Source: Arenicellales bacterium
GTDB taxonomy: Bacteria; Pseudomonadota; Gammaproteobacteria; Arenicellales; JAANXG01
DNA: 64,000 bases
Direction: 5' to 3'
Assembly (NCBI GenBank): GCA_049583715.1
Contig: JBAUWJ010000152.1
Span: forward strand, 30-64,029
In this document: one piece after another, positions 16,186 to 24,488 of the stretch
Numbering within the stretch: position 1 is the first letter of the stretch
Layout: each line of letters begins with the position of its first letter
The notes under the pieces: generated by a model
Databases searched by the model: none
What the model was told of the DNA's origin: nothing
What the model saw: the letters and a program-made list of their open reading frames with translations, nothing else
Position numbers and translations under genes: made by a program

Positions 16186-16746
16186 TTGAAAATCTCTGCG
16201 TTCGAGATCCGCGTCGGCAATTTGATGGAATATCAGGGCAAGCTGTGGCGGGTGCTCAAGAAGAATCACGTGAAGCCCGGAAAGGGCGGGGCCTTCGTGC
16301 AGGTCGAGCTGAAGGACATCGTTGGGGGGACCAAGCTCAACGAGCGCTTCCGTTCGGTGGACACCGTGGAGAAGGCCCACGTGGAGCCGAGGCAGATGGT
16401 ATACCTCTACGCGGAGTCCGACGCCCTGGTGTTCATGGACAACGAGACCTTCGAGCAGATGCATATCCCCCGTGAGGACCTGGAGGACCAGCTCGGTTAT
16501 CTCCTGCCCAATACCGAGGTCCAGGTGAACTTCCACAACGACGTGCCGATCGGGGTCGACCTGCCGGCGAACGTGGTGCTGGAGGTGGTGGATACGGAGA
16601 GCGTGGTCAAGGGCCAGACGGCGACGGGCTCGGGCAAGCCGGCAGAGCTGGAGACGGGGCTCAAGGTCATCGTTCCGCCTTTCGTGGGCATCGGCGACAA
16701 GATCAAGGTGAATACCGATTCGGGGGAATACGTCGAGCGGGCGTAA
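16186..16746 (+). CDS. efp: Elongation factor P (TTG start)
   Basis: Contains KPGKGGAFVQVELKD, the loop carrying the modified lysine. 186 aa. Confidence 0.93.
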   Translation: MKISAFEIRVGNLMEYQGKLWRVLKKNHVKPGKGGAFVQVELKDIVGGTKLNERFRSVDTVEKAHVEPRQMVYLYAESDALVFMDNETFEQMHIPREDLEDQLGYLLPNTEVQVNFHNDVPIGVDLPANVVLEVVDTESVVKGQTATGSGKPAELETGLKVIVPPFVGIGDKIKVNTDSGEYVERA

Positions 16747-16829
16747 TGCGCCTCGTTGGTGCGTTCAGGACTTTGTGCGGTACAAAACACCGCTGTCCAG
16801 GCGTTCGCGAGCAGGCGGGCCGTGCCGGG

Positions 16830-16938
16830 CATGAACCAGGGAAGGGTCTTCGTCGGTACGCGGTAAATACATCCCTGTAGGCTCCGCTGCCGCTATCCCT
16901 GCGGCAGAGGCCCGACGAAAACCCTTCCCCGGTCCATG
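16830..16938. repeat. Repeat family A copy A1 (about 107-nt CATG-bounded hairpin element)
   Basis: CATGAACCAGGGAAGGGTCTTCGTCGG...CCCGACGAAAACCCTTCCCCGGTCCATG. The arms are complementary and the central core is ATCCCTGTAGGCTCC. Confidence 0.8.
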
Positions 16939-17076
16939 CTTCACGGAGGTGCGGACCTCCCTGGCTACGTCGCTCCTCGGCGTCGACGGAGCTTGCGCGA
17001 AGGGTCCCCTCCCCTGCTGGACGAGTTCGAGGAGGGTGGGGATAGGACGACGCCTGGAGGCCGAACCGAAAGCATG

Positions 17077-17427
17077 GTGACCCCAAACACCGCCCCCTCA
17101 CCCCAGCCCTCTGCCGAAAGGTCCCAAGGGAGAGGGAGCAACGTCCCCTCTCCCGCTGGCGCGAGAGGGTCAGGGTAAGGGTGGTTCCAAACACCGCCCC
17201 CTCGCCCCAGCCCTCTCGCGGTGGAAGAGGGAGCGATGTTCCCTCTCCCGCTGGCGGGACGACTCCAGGGACGGAGGAGGTAGAGCGAAGCACGGAGCCG
17301 GAGCCGAGAGGGTTAGGGTGAGGGTGGTTTCGAACACTGCCCCCTCGCTCCAGAGAGGGAGCAACGTCCTCCCCCGCGCTGGCGCAGGCACAGCGAAGCC
17401 TGAAGCTAGACTCGAGAGGGTCAGGGA
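17077..17427. repeat. Repeat family B: three imperfect tandem copies of a G/C-tract hairpin unit
   Basis: Sub-motifs recur near 17077, 17181 and 17323: GGTGGTTCCAAACACCGCCCCCTCGCCCCAGCCCTCT, AGAGGGAGCNANGTTCCCTCTCCCGCTGGCG and CGAGAGGGTCAGGGTAAGGGTGG. Neighbouring motifs are mutually complementary. Confidence 0.7.
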
Positions 17428-17555
17428 AGCTCTGATTTATCGTCTGAGTTGTCATTGCGAGCGCAGCGAAGCAATCCAGCATGCCTGCCATTCCACGCTT
17501 TCAGGATTGCTTCGTCGCGTCGCTCCTCGCAATGACAGCATTGATCAGAGCTTCC
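17425..17555. repeat. Repeat family C copy C1 (about 130-nt palindromic element)
   Basis: GGAAGCTCTGAT...GTCATTGCGAGCGCAGCGAAGCAATCC...GGATTGCTTCGTCGCGTCGCTCCTCGCAATGAC...ATTGATCAGAGCTTCC; long terminal inverted repeats. Confidence 0.8.
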
Positions 17556-17591
17556 TTAGGGGGATGAGGGCGGGTCCACAAGCACCGCCTC

Positions 17592-18611
17592 TCACCCCAT
17601 CGTCAAGGATGCCCGCTTCACCGACTTGCGAGCCGCCTCCAGGGCCCGTGGAGCCAGAGGCCTGTGGTCGACGTAAAGAGACCATATCTTGTCCTCCATG
17701 TCGTCCAGCGCCCATGTGTCCCGTCCTTCACTCATGAGCTTGTCCACCGCGGGAAGCTCGTGGCACACGATCAGGAGGTCACAGCTCGCGTCGAGGGCTC
17801 TTTGGCAGCGCTCCGGCAGCGGCTCGGCACCGGCGCCGGCCATGCTGAGGTCGTCGCTGAACACGGCGCCCTGAAATCCCAGCTCGTCCTTCAAGACGTT
17901 GCGTATCCAGAACGAGGAATAGCTCGGGATCTGCGGGCTGATCTTCGGATAGACGACGTGGGCGAGCATCACGCCTCCCAACTGACCGGCGAGTGAGGCG
18001 TAGGGTACGAGGTCGCAGGCGCGCAGGTCGTCCAGGGAACGCTGGTCCTCGGGAAGCTCGGTGTGGGAGTCGGCACCGATTCCGCCGTGGCCGGGGAAGT
18101 GCTTACCGACCGCGGCCATGCCGGCCTCGTTCATACCGCTGATGTACCCCGACGCAAGGGCATGTACCCCTTCGGGGTCGGAATGGAACGCCCGGTCGCC
18201 GATCACCTCGCTGTCACAGCTCAGGACGTCCAATACGGGAGCGAAGGAGAGGTCCACGCCGCAGTCGATCAGCTCACCGGCCATGACCAGGCCGATATCA
18301 CGGGCCAGCCGCCCGCCTTCGGCGGGGTTCGACTCGTAAAGCCGGCCACAGGCCGCGGCGGGCGGCAGGCGGGTGAATCCATCCCGGAAGCGCTGGACGC
18401 GGCCGCCTTCCTGGTCCACGGTCACCAGCAATGGAGGGGACCGCAGCCCCTTGATCTCCCGCACCAGCGAGCGGAGCTGGCTCTTGTGCTGGAAGTTGTG
18501 GCTGAAGAGGATGACCCCGCCTGCCAGGGGATGCCGCAGGCGTTTTCTGTCGTCCTCACTGAGAGACAGGCCGCCGGCCAGGTCGATGATGAGGGGTCCC
18601 AGGCTTGCCAC
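17592..18611 (-). CDS. nagZ: Beta-N-acetylhexosaminidase (peptidoglycan recycling)
   Basis: GH3 N-terminal domain: VTVDQEGGRVQRF and KHFPGHGG. Confidence 0.9.
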   Translation of the reverse strand: MASLGPLIIDLAGGLSLSEDDRKRLRHPLAGGVILFSHNFQHKSQLRSLVREIKGLRSPPLLVTVDQEGGRVQRFRDGFTRLPPAAACGRLYESNPAEGGRLARDIGLVMAGELIDCGVDLSFAPVLDVLSCDSEVIGDRAFHSDPEGVHALASGYISGMNEAGMAAVGKHFPGHGGIGADSHTELPEDQRSLDDLRACDLVPYASLAGQLGGVMLAHVVYPKISPQIPSYSSFWIRNVLKDELGFQGAVFSDDLSMAGAGAEPLPERCQRALDASCDLLIVCHELPAVDKLMSEGRDTWALDDMEDKIWSLYVDHRPLAPRALEAARKSVKRASLTMG

Positions 18612-18620
18612 GGCCGGCTC

Positions 18621-19100
18621 CTACTCCCGGATGGCGACGGGGGTGCCCGCCGGCACCCGGTCGAACAATTCCAGTATGTCGCGATTGCGCATCTTGATAC
18701 AGCCGTGGGACCCGGGCACGCCCATGGGGTCCTCGTCCGGCGCGCCGTGGATGTAGATGTAGCGGCGCATGGTGTCCACGCCGCCCAGGCGGTTGAACCC
18801 GGGCTCCAGGCCGCTCAGCCACAGGATTCGGGTGAGTATCCAATCGCGCTCGGGAAACCGGCGACGCAGCTCCGGGCTGTAGATCTCGCCGGTGGGTCGC
18901 CGGCCCCGGAAGACGGTGTTCACCGGACAGCCGGCACCGATCCGGGCGCGGATCCGGTGGGCGCCGCGTGGGGTACATTCGCTGCCGTCGCGCTCCCCGG
19001 GACCGTTGCGGGCGGTTGAGACCTCGTAGGTTTCGAGCACCTCCCCCCGTTCGTCCAGGAGCTGCATCCGCTGCCGCGACAAGGAGACGTCGAGCCTCAT
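18621..19100 (-). CDS. L,D-transpeptidase (YkuD) family protein
   Basis: YIHGAPDEDPMGVPGSHGCIKMRNRDILELF, the catalytic SHGC[IV][KR]M motif. Confidence 0.85.
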   Translation of the reverse strand: MRLDVSLSRQRMQLLDERGEVLETYEVSTARNGPGERDGSECTPRGAHRIRARIGAGCPVNTVFRGRRPTGEIYSPELRRRFPERDWILTRILWLSGLEPGFNRLGGVDTMRRYIYIHGAPDEDPMGVPGSHGCIKMRNRDILELFDRVPAGTPVAIRE

Positions 19101-19103
19101 GCT

Positions 19104-19589
19104 CTACAGCGAGTGGGCTCGCCGAAGCTCGTGCAGCAGGCCTTCGCACGCGTCCTCGATCATATCCAGGACCCGCTCGAAGCCGTTGGGGCCGCCGTAG
19201 TACGGATCGGGAACCTCGGTCTCGTCGAAGCCTGCCGAATACTCCATCAGCAGGCGGATCTTGTCATGCGGTCCGCCATTGATGAGGATCAGGTTCTGAA
19301 GGTTCTCCCGGTCCATAGCCAGCACGTAATCGTACGCGGCGATGTCCTCCGGGCCAGCCCGCCGGCCGCGCATCCAGGACAGATCCATACCACGCCGCCA
19401 CGCCGCCTCCTGGGCACGCTGGTCCGGCGGCGAGCCGATGTGGTAGGCGTGGGTCCCCGCCGAATCCACCTCCACCGCCGATTCCAGGTTCTCGCGCGCC
19501 AGGAGTCGGCGGAATACGCCCTCCGCCGTCGGAGATCGGCAGATATTGCCGAGACAGACGAACAAAACCTTGACCATGTGCTGGCTCAC
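19104..19589 (-). CDS. Low-molecular-weight protein-tyrosine phosphatase
   Basis: VLFVCLGNICRSPTAEGVF (CX5R P-loop) and the DPYYG motif. Confidence 0.9.
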   Translation of the reverse strand: MSQHMVKVLFVCLGNICRSPTAEGVFRRLLARENLESAVEVDSAGTHAYHIGSPPDQRAQEAAWRRGMDLSWMRGRRAGPEDIAAYDYVLAMDRENLQNLILINGGPHDKIRLLMEYSAGFDETEVPDPYYGGPNGFERVLDMIEDACEGLLHELRRAHSL

Positions 19590-20323
19590 CCCGTCTCCAC
19601 TTCGTGACGGAACCGCTCGAGGTCGCCGGGTGTATCTATGCCCGGCGGAACCGTGAGCGGCGTAATGTGGACGGCGATCCGGTCACCGTATTCGAGCGCC
19701 CGTAGCTGCTCCAGGCACTCCGTTCTCTCGAGCACCGTGGGCGGCCTGCTGGTGAACTGCCGGAGGTAAGCGTAACGGTACGCGTAGATCCCGAGGTGAC
19801 GATACACTGCGGCGTCCCCGGGAACCTGCCTCGGGTAGGGAATCCGGGAGCGGGAGAAATACAGGGCATCGCCGTTGCGGGCGCACACCACCTTCACGAC
19901 GTTGGGATTGTCCATGTCGGCCTCCTCGCGCAGGACGTGAGCTGCGGTGGCGATGCTCGCACCGGATGACTCCGCCAACGCCCGTGCCACGTCCGCGACC
20001 AGCTCGCCGGGCATGTGAGGCTCGTCGCCCTGAAGGTTGACGATCACGGTGCTCGGATCGAGCGCCAGAAGCGCAGCGGCTTCGCAGATGCGGTCCGTCC
20101 CGGAAGCGTGCCGGGGGCTGGTCATGCAGGCCTCGGCGCCAAACGATTCCGCCTTTGCCGCCACCCGTTCGTCGTCGGTGGCGATCACCACCCGCCGCGC
20201 GCCGCTGCGGCAGGCCGCCTCGTAGACCCACTGGATGAGGGGACGACCCGCGGCCTCGGCGAGAGGCTTGCCCGGCAGCCGGGTGGAATCGAACCGGGCC
20301 GGAATGAACACACTGAATTCCAT
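19586..20323 (-). CDS. kdsB: 3-deoxy-manno-octulosonate cytidylyltransferase
   Basis: IPARFDSTRLPGKPL...VNLQGDEP. Confidence 0.92.
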   Translation of the reverse strand: MEFSVFIPARFDSTRLPGKPLAEAAGRPLIQWVYEAACRSGARRVVIATDDERVAAKAESFGAEACMTSPRHASGTDRICEAAALLALDPSTVIVNLQGDEPHMPGELVADVARALAESSGASIATAAHVLREEADMDNPNVVKVVCARNGDALYFSRSRIPYPRQVPGDAAVYRHLGIYAYRYAYLRQFTSRPPTVLERTECLEQLRALEYGDRIAVHITPLTVPPGIDTPGDLERFRHEVETG

Positions 20324-20340
20324 CCAGGTGCGATGGCGGC

Positions 20341-20535
20341 CTATTTCCTCAGCCGCTGGACTTCTTCGTCCGTCAAGGGACGGGCCTCGTCCTCGAGCAT
20401 GATCGGGATGCCGTCCCGTATGGGATAGGCGAGACGGGCCGACTTGCTGATCAGCTCCTGGTGCTCCTTGTCGTAGATCAATGGGCCCTTGGTGACGGGG
20501 CAGACCAGAATGTCCAGCAGTTTCTTGTCGATCAT
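20341..20535 (-). CDS. Trm112/YcaR-family small protein
   Basis: [54 protein letters not shown]. The internal M at 20535 is the likely start, giving an ATGA overlap with lpxK. Confidence 0.85.
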   Translation of the reverse strand: MIDKKLLDILVCPVTKGPLIYDKEHQELISKSARLAYPIRDGIPIMLEDEARPLTDEEVQRLRK

Positions 20536-21530
20536 GGTTTCAGCAGCTCGATCAGCTTGTCGTCGAATCCGGTATCCACATGGGTGGAAGTCGCCGCATA
20601 CCAGGCATCCTCCAGCTTCATATCCCGGCATTTTACCGCATCCTTCTCCGTCATCACGATGGGAGCGCCGTCGAGGCCGGAGAAGTCTTCCCGCCGGTAG
20701 CGGTGATGGTCCGGGAAGGGATGGGCTTGAACGTTCAGCCCCAGCCCGCGGAGCGCGTCGAAAAACCCATCGGGATTACCCGTTCCCGCCACCGCGTGCA
20801 CCCGCCGGCCCTCGAAATCGCCGGCCGGCCGCCGGCCGCCTCCGCCCAGATGAATGAATCCCTCGATACGAATCTCCATTCGATAAGCGCCCGGCTTCGT
20901 CCCTTCACGATCCGCCACACCGCCGTATACGACCAGGTCGACTTCCTTCAAACGGCTGCGAGGCTCGCGCAGCGGACCCGCCGGCAGGCAAAAGCCGTTC
21001 CCGAAGGGTGCGGCTCCGCCGACGACGGCGATCTCGACCTGCCGGTCCATCCGATAGTGCTGCAGGCCGTCGTCCGATACGACGATGTCGCAGCCGAGCG
21101 CCGAGATGAGCTCGTTTACCCCGCGTGGCCGGTTGGGGTCCACGACCACTGGAATGTCGAGGTTCGCCGCCATCATCGCCGGCTCGTCACCGCACTCCGA
21201 CGGCGGCGTATTCCGGTCGACGATCAGCGGCAGCCACCGCGGTCTGCCGCCGTAGCCCCGGCTGACGATGCCCGGCCTGCGGTCCCGCGCGGCGAGCAGC
21301 CGCACCACGTGCATCACCAGCGGGGTCTTGCCGCTTCCGCCGACGGTGATGCCGCCGACGACCACCACCGGTTTCGCAAAAGTGACAGCCCGGCACGGAC
21401 CGTGCGCGTAGCACATCCGCCGCAGGCGGATGATCGAGAGATAGACCCAGCTCAGCGGGACCAGCAGCCGGGTGGCGGGGCTGCGACCGCGCCACAGGTT
21501 CGACGCCGCGAGTCGAAACGGCCGGGCCAT
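20532..21530 (-). CDS. lpxK: Tetraacyldisaccharide 4'-kinase
   Basis: [19 protein letters not shown]-loop; position between msbA and kdsB. Confidence 0.92.
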   Translation of the reverse strand: MARPFRLAASNLWRGRSPATRLLVPLSWVYLSIIRLRRMCYAHGPCRAVTFAKPVVVVGGITVGGSGKTPLVMHVVRLLAARDRRPGIVSRGYGGRPRWLPLIVDRNTPPSECGDEPAMMAANLDIPVVVDPNRPRGVNELISALGCDIVVSDDGLQHYRMDRQVEIAVVGGAAPFGNGFCLPAGPLREPRSRLKEVDLVVYGGVADREGTKPGAYRMEIRIEGFIHLGGGGRRPAGDFEGRRVHAVAGTGNPDGFFDALRGLGLNVQAHPFPDHHRYRREDFSGLDGAPIVMTEKDAVKCRDMKLEDAWYAATSTHVDTGFDDKLIELLKP

Positions 21531-21534
21531 GGCG

Positions 21535-23304
21535 TCACACCGCGATGCGATGTTCTTCCATCTGCTGGGTCCGATACAGGCGCGTGTACAGGCCGCCCCC
21601 TTCGATGAGATCCCGGTGACGCCCCTCCTCCACCACCCTGCCCTCGCTCAGTACGAAGATTCGGTCGGCGTTCTCGACCGTGAACAGCCGGTGGGCGATG
21701 ATGATGGTGGTGCGGTTGCGCGTCAGGTTCTCGGTAGCGTCGTGCACCAGCCGCTCTGACACTGAATCCAGGGATGACGTGGCCTCGTCCAGGATGAGAA
21801 TGGGCGCATCCTTGTACAGGGCCCGTGCGATCGCCACGCGCTGGCGCTGGCCGCCCGACAGCCGTGCTCCCCGCTCCCCTACCGGGGTGTCCAGGCCCTT
21901 GGGCATGCGCTCCAGGAATTCGGAGACGTGGGCCGCGTGTACGACCTCGTCCAGCCGGTCGTCCGACTGCGCGGGAGAGCCGTAAAGGATGTTCGATCGA
22001 ATGGTGCCCTCGAAGAGCATGGTCTCCTGGGTGACGAAGGCAAACTGCCTGCGCAGGCTCGCCAGGGTCAGCTCCCGGGTGTCGTGGCCGTCGAGACGCA
22101 CCACGCCCGACGAGGGCTGGTAAAAGCCCAGCAACAGTGAAACCAGGGTGGACTTGCCGCTGCCCGACAACCCCACCAGCGCCACCCGCTCCCCGGGGCG
22201 AATATGGATGTCGATATCCTTCACGGCCGGGAAGCGCGTCTTCTCGTAGGCGAATGTCACGTGATCCAGGTTCACCTCGCCCCGGGCGCGATCCACCTCG
22301 ACCGTCCCCTCGTCCAGCTCCGGCTCTTCGTCCATGACGCCGAACATGCTCTTGGCGGCGGCGACGCCCATCTGGATCTTTTCATTGACCTTGGCCAGCC
22401 GCTTCAGGGGCGCCGTCAGCATCATCACGGCCGTGACGTAGCTGACGAAGGTACCGGCGGTGACCGAATCGATGCCGCTGCGGTTGACCGAGATGGTGAT
22501 GACCAGGGCCAGTGCCGCCCCCATCACCACCACCACCATCGGCACCATGGCGGCGGCGACTGCTGCCTTGCGCATGGACTGGCGGCGGTTGTACTGGTTC
22601 GCCCGCTCGAAGGACGTCCTCTCCTGCTGCTGGGCGCCGAAGGTCTTGACCACCTGGTGACCATTGACCGTCTCCTTGGCGATCCTCGCGATGCCGGTCA
22701 TGGAATCCTGGATGGATTCGCTGCTCTTTCGAAAGCGCCGCGCCGCCTTGCCGATACCCAGAGCCGTGAACGGAGCGAACACCAGGAAGACCAGGGTCAA
22801 CAGCCAGTCCAGGTACAACATCCAGCCGATCAGCGCCACCGAGGTCAGGAAATCCTTCACCGCCAGGGTCAGCGCATCCGTGGTGGCGGTGGCGGACTGC
22901 TCGACGTCGTAGATCAGTTTGGACACCAGGCCGGATGAGGAATGCCTGTCGTAGAAGTGAGAGGGGAGCTCGAGCATGCGGTCGAAGACCGCCTTGCGAA
23001 GGTCGAATACCACCTGCCTGCCCACCCAGGCCATGGTGTAGTCCGCCACGAATCCGGCCGCGGCGCGCATGAGCACCACCGCCATGATGAGCCAGGGAAT
23101 CCAGGCGATGAAGGTCTTGTCCGGCTTCACGAAGCCGCTGTCCATGATGGGCTTGAACAGCGCGGCGAACCCGGTCTCCGACAGCGCCGTCAGCGCCATG
23201 GCGATCACCGACACCGTAAACACACCCTTGTAGGGACGGATACGAGCCAGCAGGCGCCGATACAACACGCCGCCGTCGCTGTAGGCTTGGCTCTTACGAG
23301 TCAC
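21535..23304 (-). CDS. msbA: Lipid A export ABC transporter (permease/ATPase)
   Basis: 589 aa with a 6-TM domain plus NBD: [26 protein letters not shown]. Confidence 0.92.
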   Translation of the reverse strand: MTRKSQAYSDGGVLYRRLLARIRPYKGVFTVSVIAMALTALSETGFAALFKPIMDSGFVKPDKTFIAWIPWLIMAVVLMRAAAGFVADYTMAWVGRQVVFDLRKAVFDRMLELPSHFYDRHSSSGLVSKLIYDVEQSATATTDALTLAVKDFLTSVALIGWMLYLDWLLTLVFLVFAPFTALGIGKAARRFRKSSESIQDSMTGIARIAKETVNGHQVVKTFGAQQQERTSFERANQYNRRQSMRKAAVAAAMVPMVVVVMGAALALVITISVNRSGIDSVTAGTFVSYVTAVMMLTAPLKRLAKVNEKIQMGVAAAKSMFGVMDEEPELDEGTVEVDRARGEVNLDHVTFAYEKTRFPAVKDIDIHIRPGERVALVGLSGSGKSTLVSLLLGFYQPSSGVVRLDGHDTRELTLASLRRQFAFVTQETMLFEGTIRSNILYGSPAQSDDRLDEVVHAAHVSEFLERMPKGLDTPVGERGARLSGGQRQRVAIARALYKDAPILILDEATSSLDSVSERLVHDATENLTRNRTTIIIAHRLFTVENADRIFVLSEGRVVEEGRHRDLIEGGGLYTRLYRTQQMEEHRIAV

Positions 23305-23759
23305 TTTGGCAGATCTTCGTCCGATATCTTCTGTGTCGCGAAAGTGATGTTCGTGTAGCCCAGGCGACGGGCGATGTCCATGGCGCGTATGACGGATTCA
23401 TGGGGCGTCTTGCGGTCCGCACGGATCACGGCCACCAGGTCCGTACGGTTGCCGCTCGCGGCCGCCAGCGCCCGATAAAGCGTCTTGCGGTCGGTGCCCA
23501 GCAGCTCCTTCGCGGAGGCGTCACCGGGACCCTTGACGGCGTAGACGCCCCCGGCGGTGATGTCTATCTCCAGGGTCTGGTTCTGCTTGTGCTCCACGGG
23601 CCGGTCAGTGGACTGCGGCAGTCGAATACGCAGCTCCGACTCCTTGGAAAACGTGGTGGATACCATGAAGAAGATCAGCAGCAGGAACACCACGTCGATC
23701 AGCGGCGCGAGATTGATCTCCACGTCGTCGCTCTGCTTGTCGCGGTCGGAAAACTTCAT
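23301..23759 (-). CDS. exbD: ExbD/TolR-family biopolymer transport protein
   Basis: INLAPLIDVVFLLLIFFMV signature. Confidence 0.88.
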   Translation of the reverse strand: MKFSDRDKQSDDVEINLAPLIDVVFLLLIFFMVSTTFSKESELRIRLPQSTDRPVEHKQNQTLEIDITAGGVYAVKGPGDASAKELLGTDRKTLYRALAAASGNRTDLVAVIRADRKTPHESVIRAMDIARRLGYTNITFATQKISDEDLPK

Positions 23760-23774
23760 CGTCGCCGCCCTCCG

Positions 23775-24464
23775 TCAGTTCTTGATGTTGAGCGCGGCAG
23801 CGGGGCTCGCTGCCCGGTCGCCGTGAATGATCTCCACCAGGCGCAGCGCCTCCTGCTCCAGGCTGACCGTCAGCTCGTTCACCTTGCCCCGGAAGTAGCG
23901 GTAGAACATCAGGGCCGGAATGCCCACCGTCAGGCCCGCCGCCGTGGTGATCAGCGCCTGGGAGATGCCATCGGCGAGCACGGTCGGATCACCCACGCCG
24001 TAGGTGGTAATGGCCGCGAATACCTTGATCATGCCGATGACGGTGCCGAGCAGCCCCAGCAGGGGTGTGATCGCGGCGATGGTGCCCAGGGAGTTCAGGA
24101 AACGCTCGAGCTCGTGGACGACGTGTCGTCCCGCCTCCTCGATGGCGTCTTTCATCACATAACGCCCGCTGCCGAGGTTTTCCAGCCCGGCGGCGAGTAT
24201 CCGACCCAGCGGAGAGTTCTCTCGAATCGCCTGGATACGCGCGGGATTCAGATCCCGGCGCTCAATGAGCTGCTGCACTTCCGCGGTCAGGTCGGAAGGC
24301 GTGACAGCGCGGCGGTTCAAGGTCCAGAACCGTTCGCATACGATGGCTACGGCGATTATGGAGCAGGCCAGGATCGGCCACATCAACAAGCCGCCGGATC
24401 GGAAAAGCTCGAGCACCTTGAATATGTTCCTGGGTGTGGGAATCTGGGCGGCAAAGTGTATCAA
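23775..24464 (-). CDS. exbB: MotA/TolQ/ExbB proton-channel protein
   Basis: The C-terminal motif TAAGLTVGIPALMFY is typical of ExbB/TolQ. Confidence 0.88.
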   Translation of the reverse strand: MIHFAAQIPTPRNIFKVLELFRSGGLLMWPILACSIIAVAIVCERFWTLNRRAVTPSDLTAEVQQLIERRDLNPARIQAIRENSPLGRILAAGLENLGSGRYVMKDAIEEAGRHVVHELERFLNSLGTIAAITPLLGLLGTVIGMIKVFAAITTYGVGDPTVLADGISQALITTAAGLTVGIPALMFYRYFRGKVNELTVSLEQEALRLVEIIHGDRAASPAAALNIKN

Positions 24465-24488
24465 ATTGCGCCCGTTGTATGCGCAGGT

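Noticed and set aside
14252-16189. 645-aa plus-strand ORF.
   Set aside because: Antisense to uvrC and the uracil-DNA glycosylase gene, with low-complexity R/A/G/L-rich content and no recognisable domain.
17077-17427. Possible CRISPR array, because of the regularly recurring G/C-rich motifs.
   Set aside because: The units are of unequal spacing (about 104 and 142 nt) and consist of interlocking inverted repeats without unique spacers. No cas genes lie nearby.
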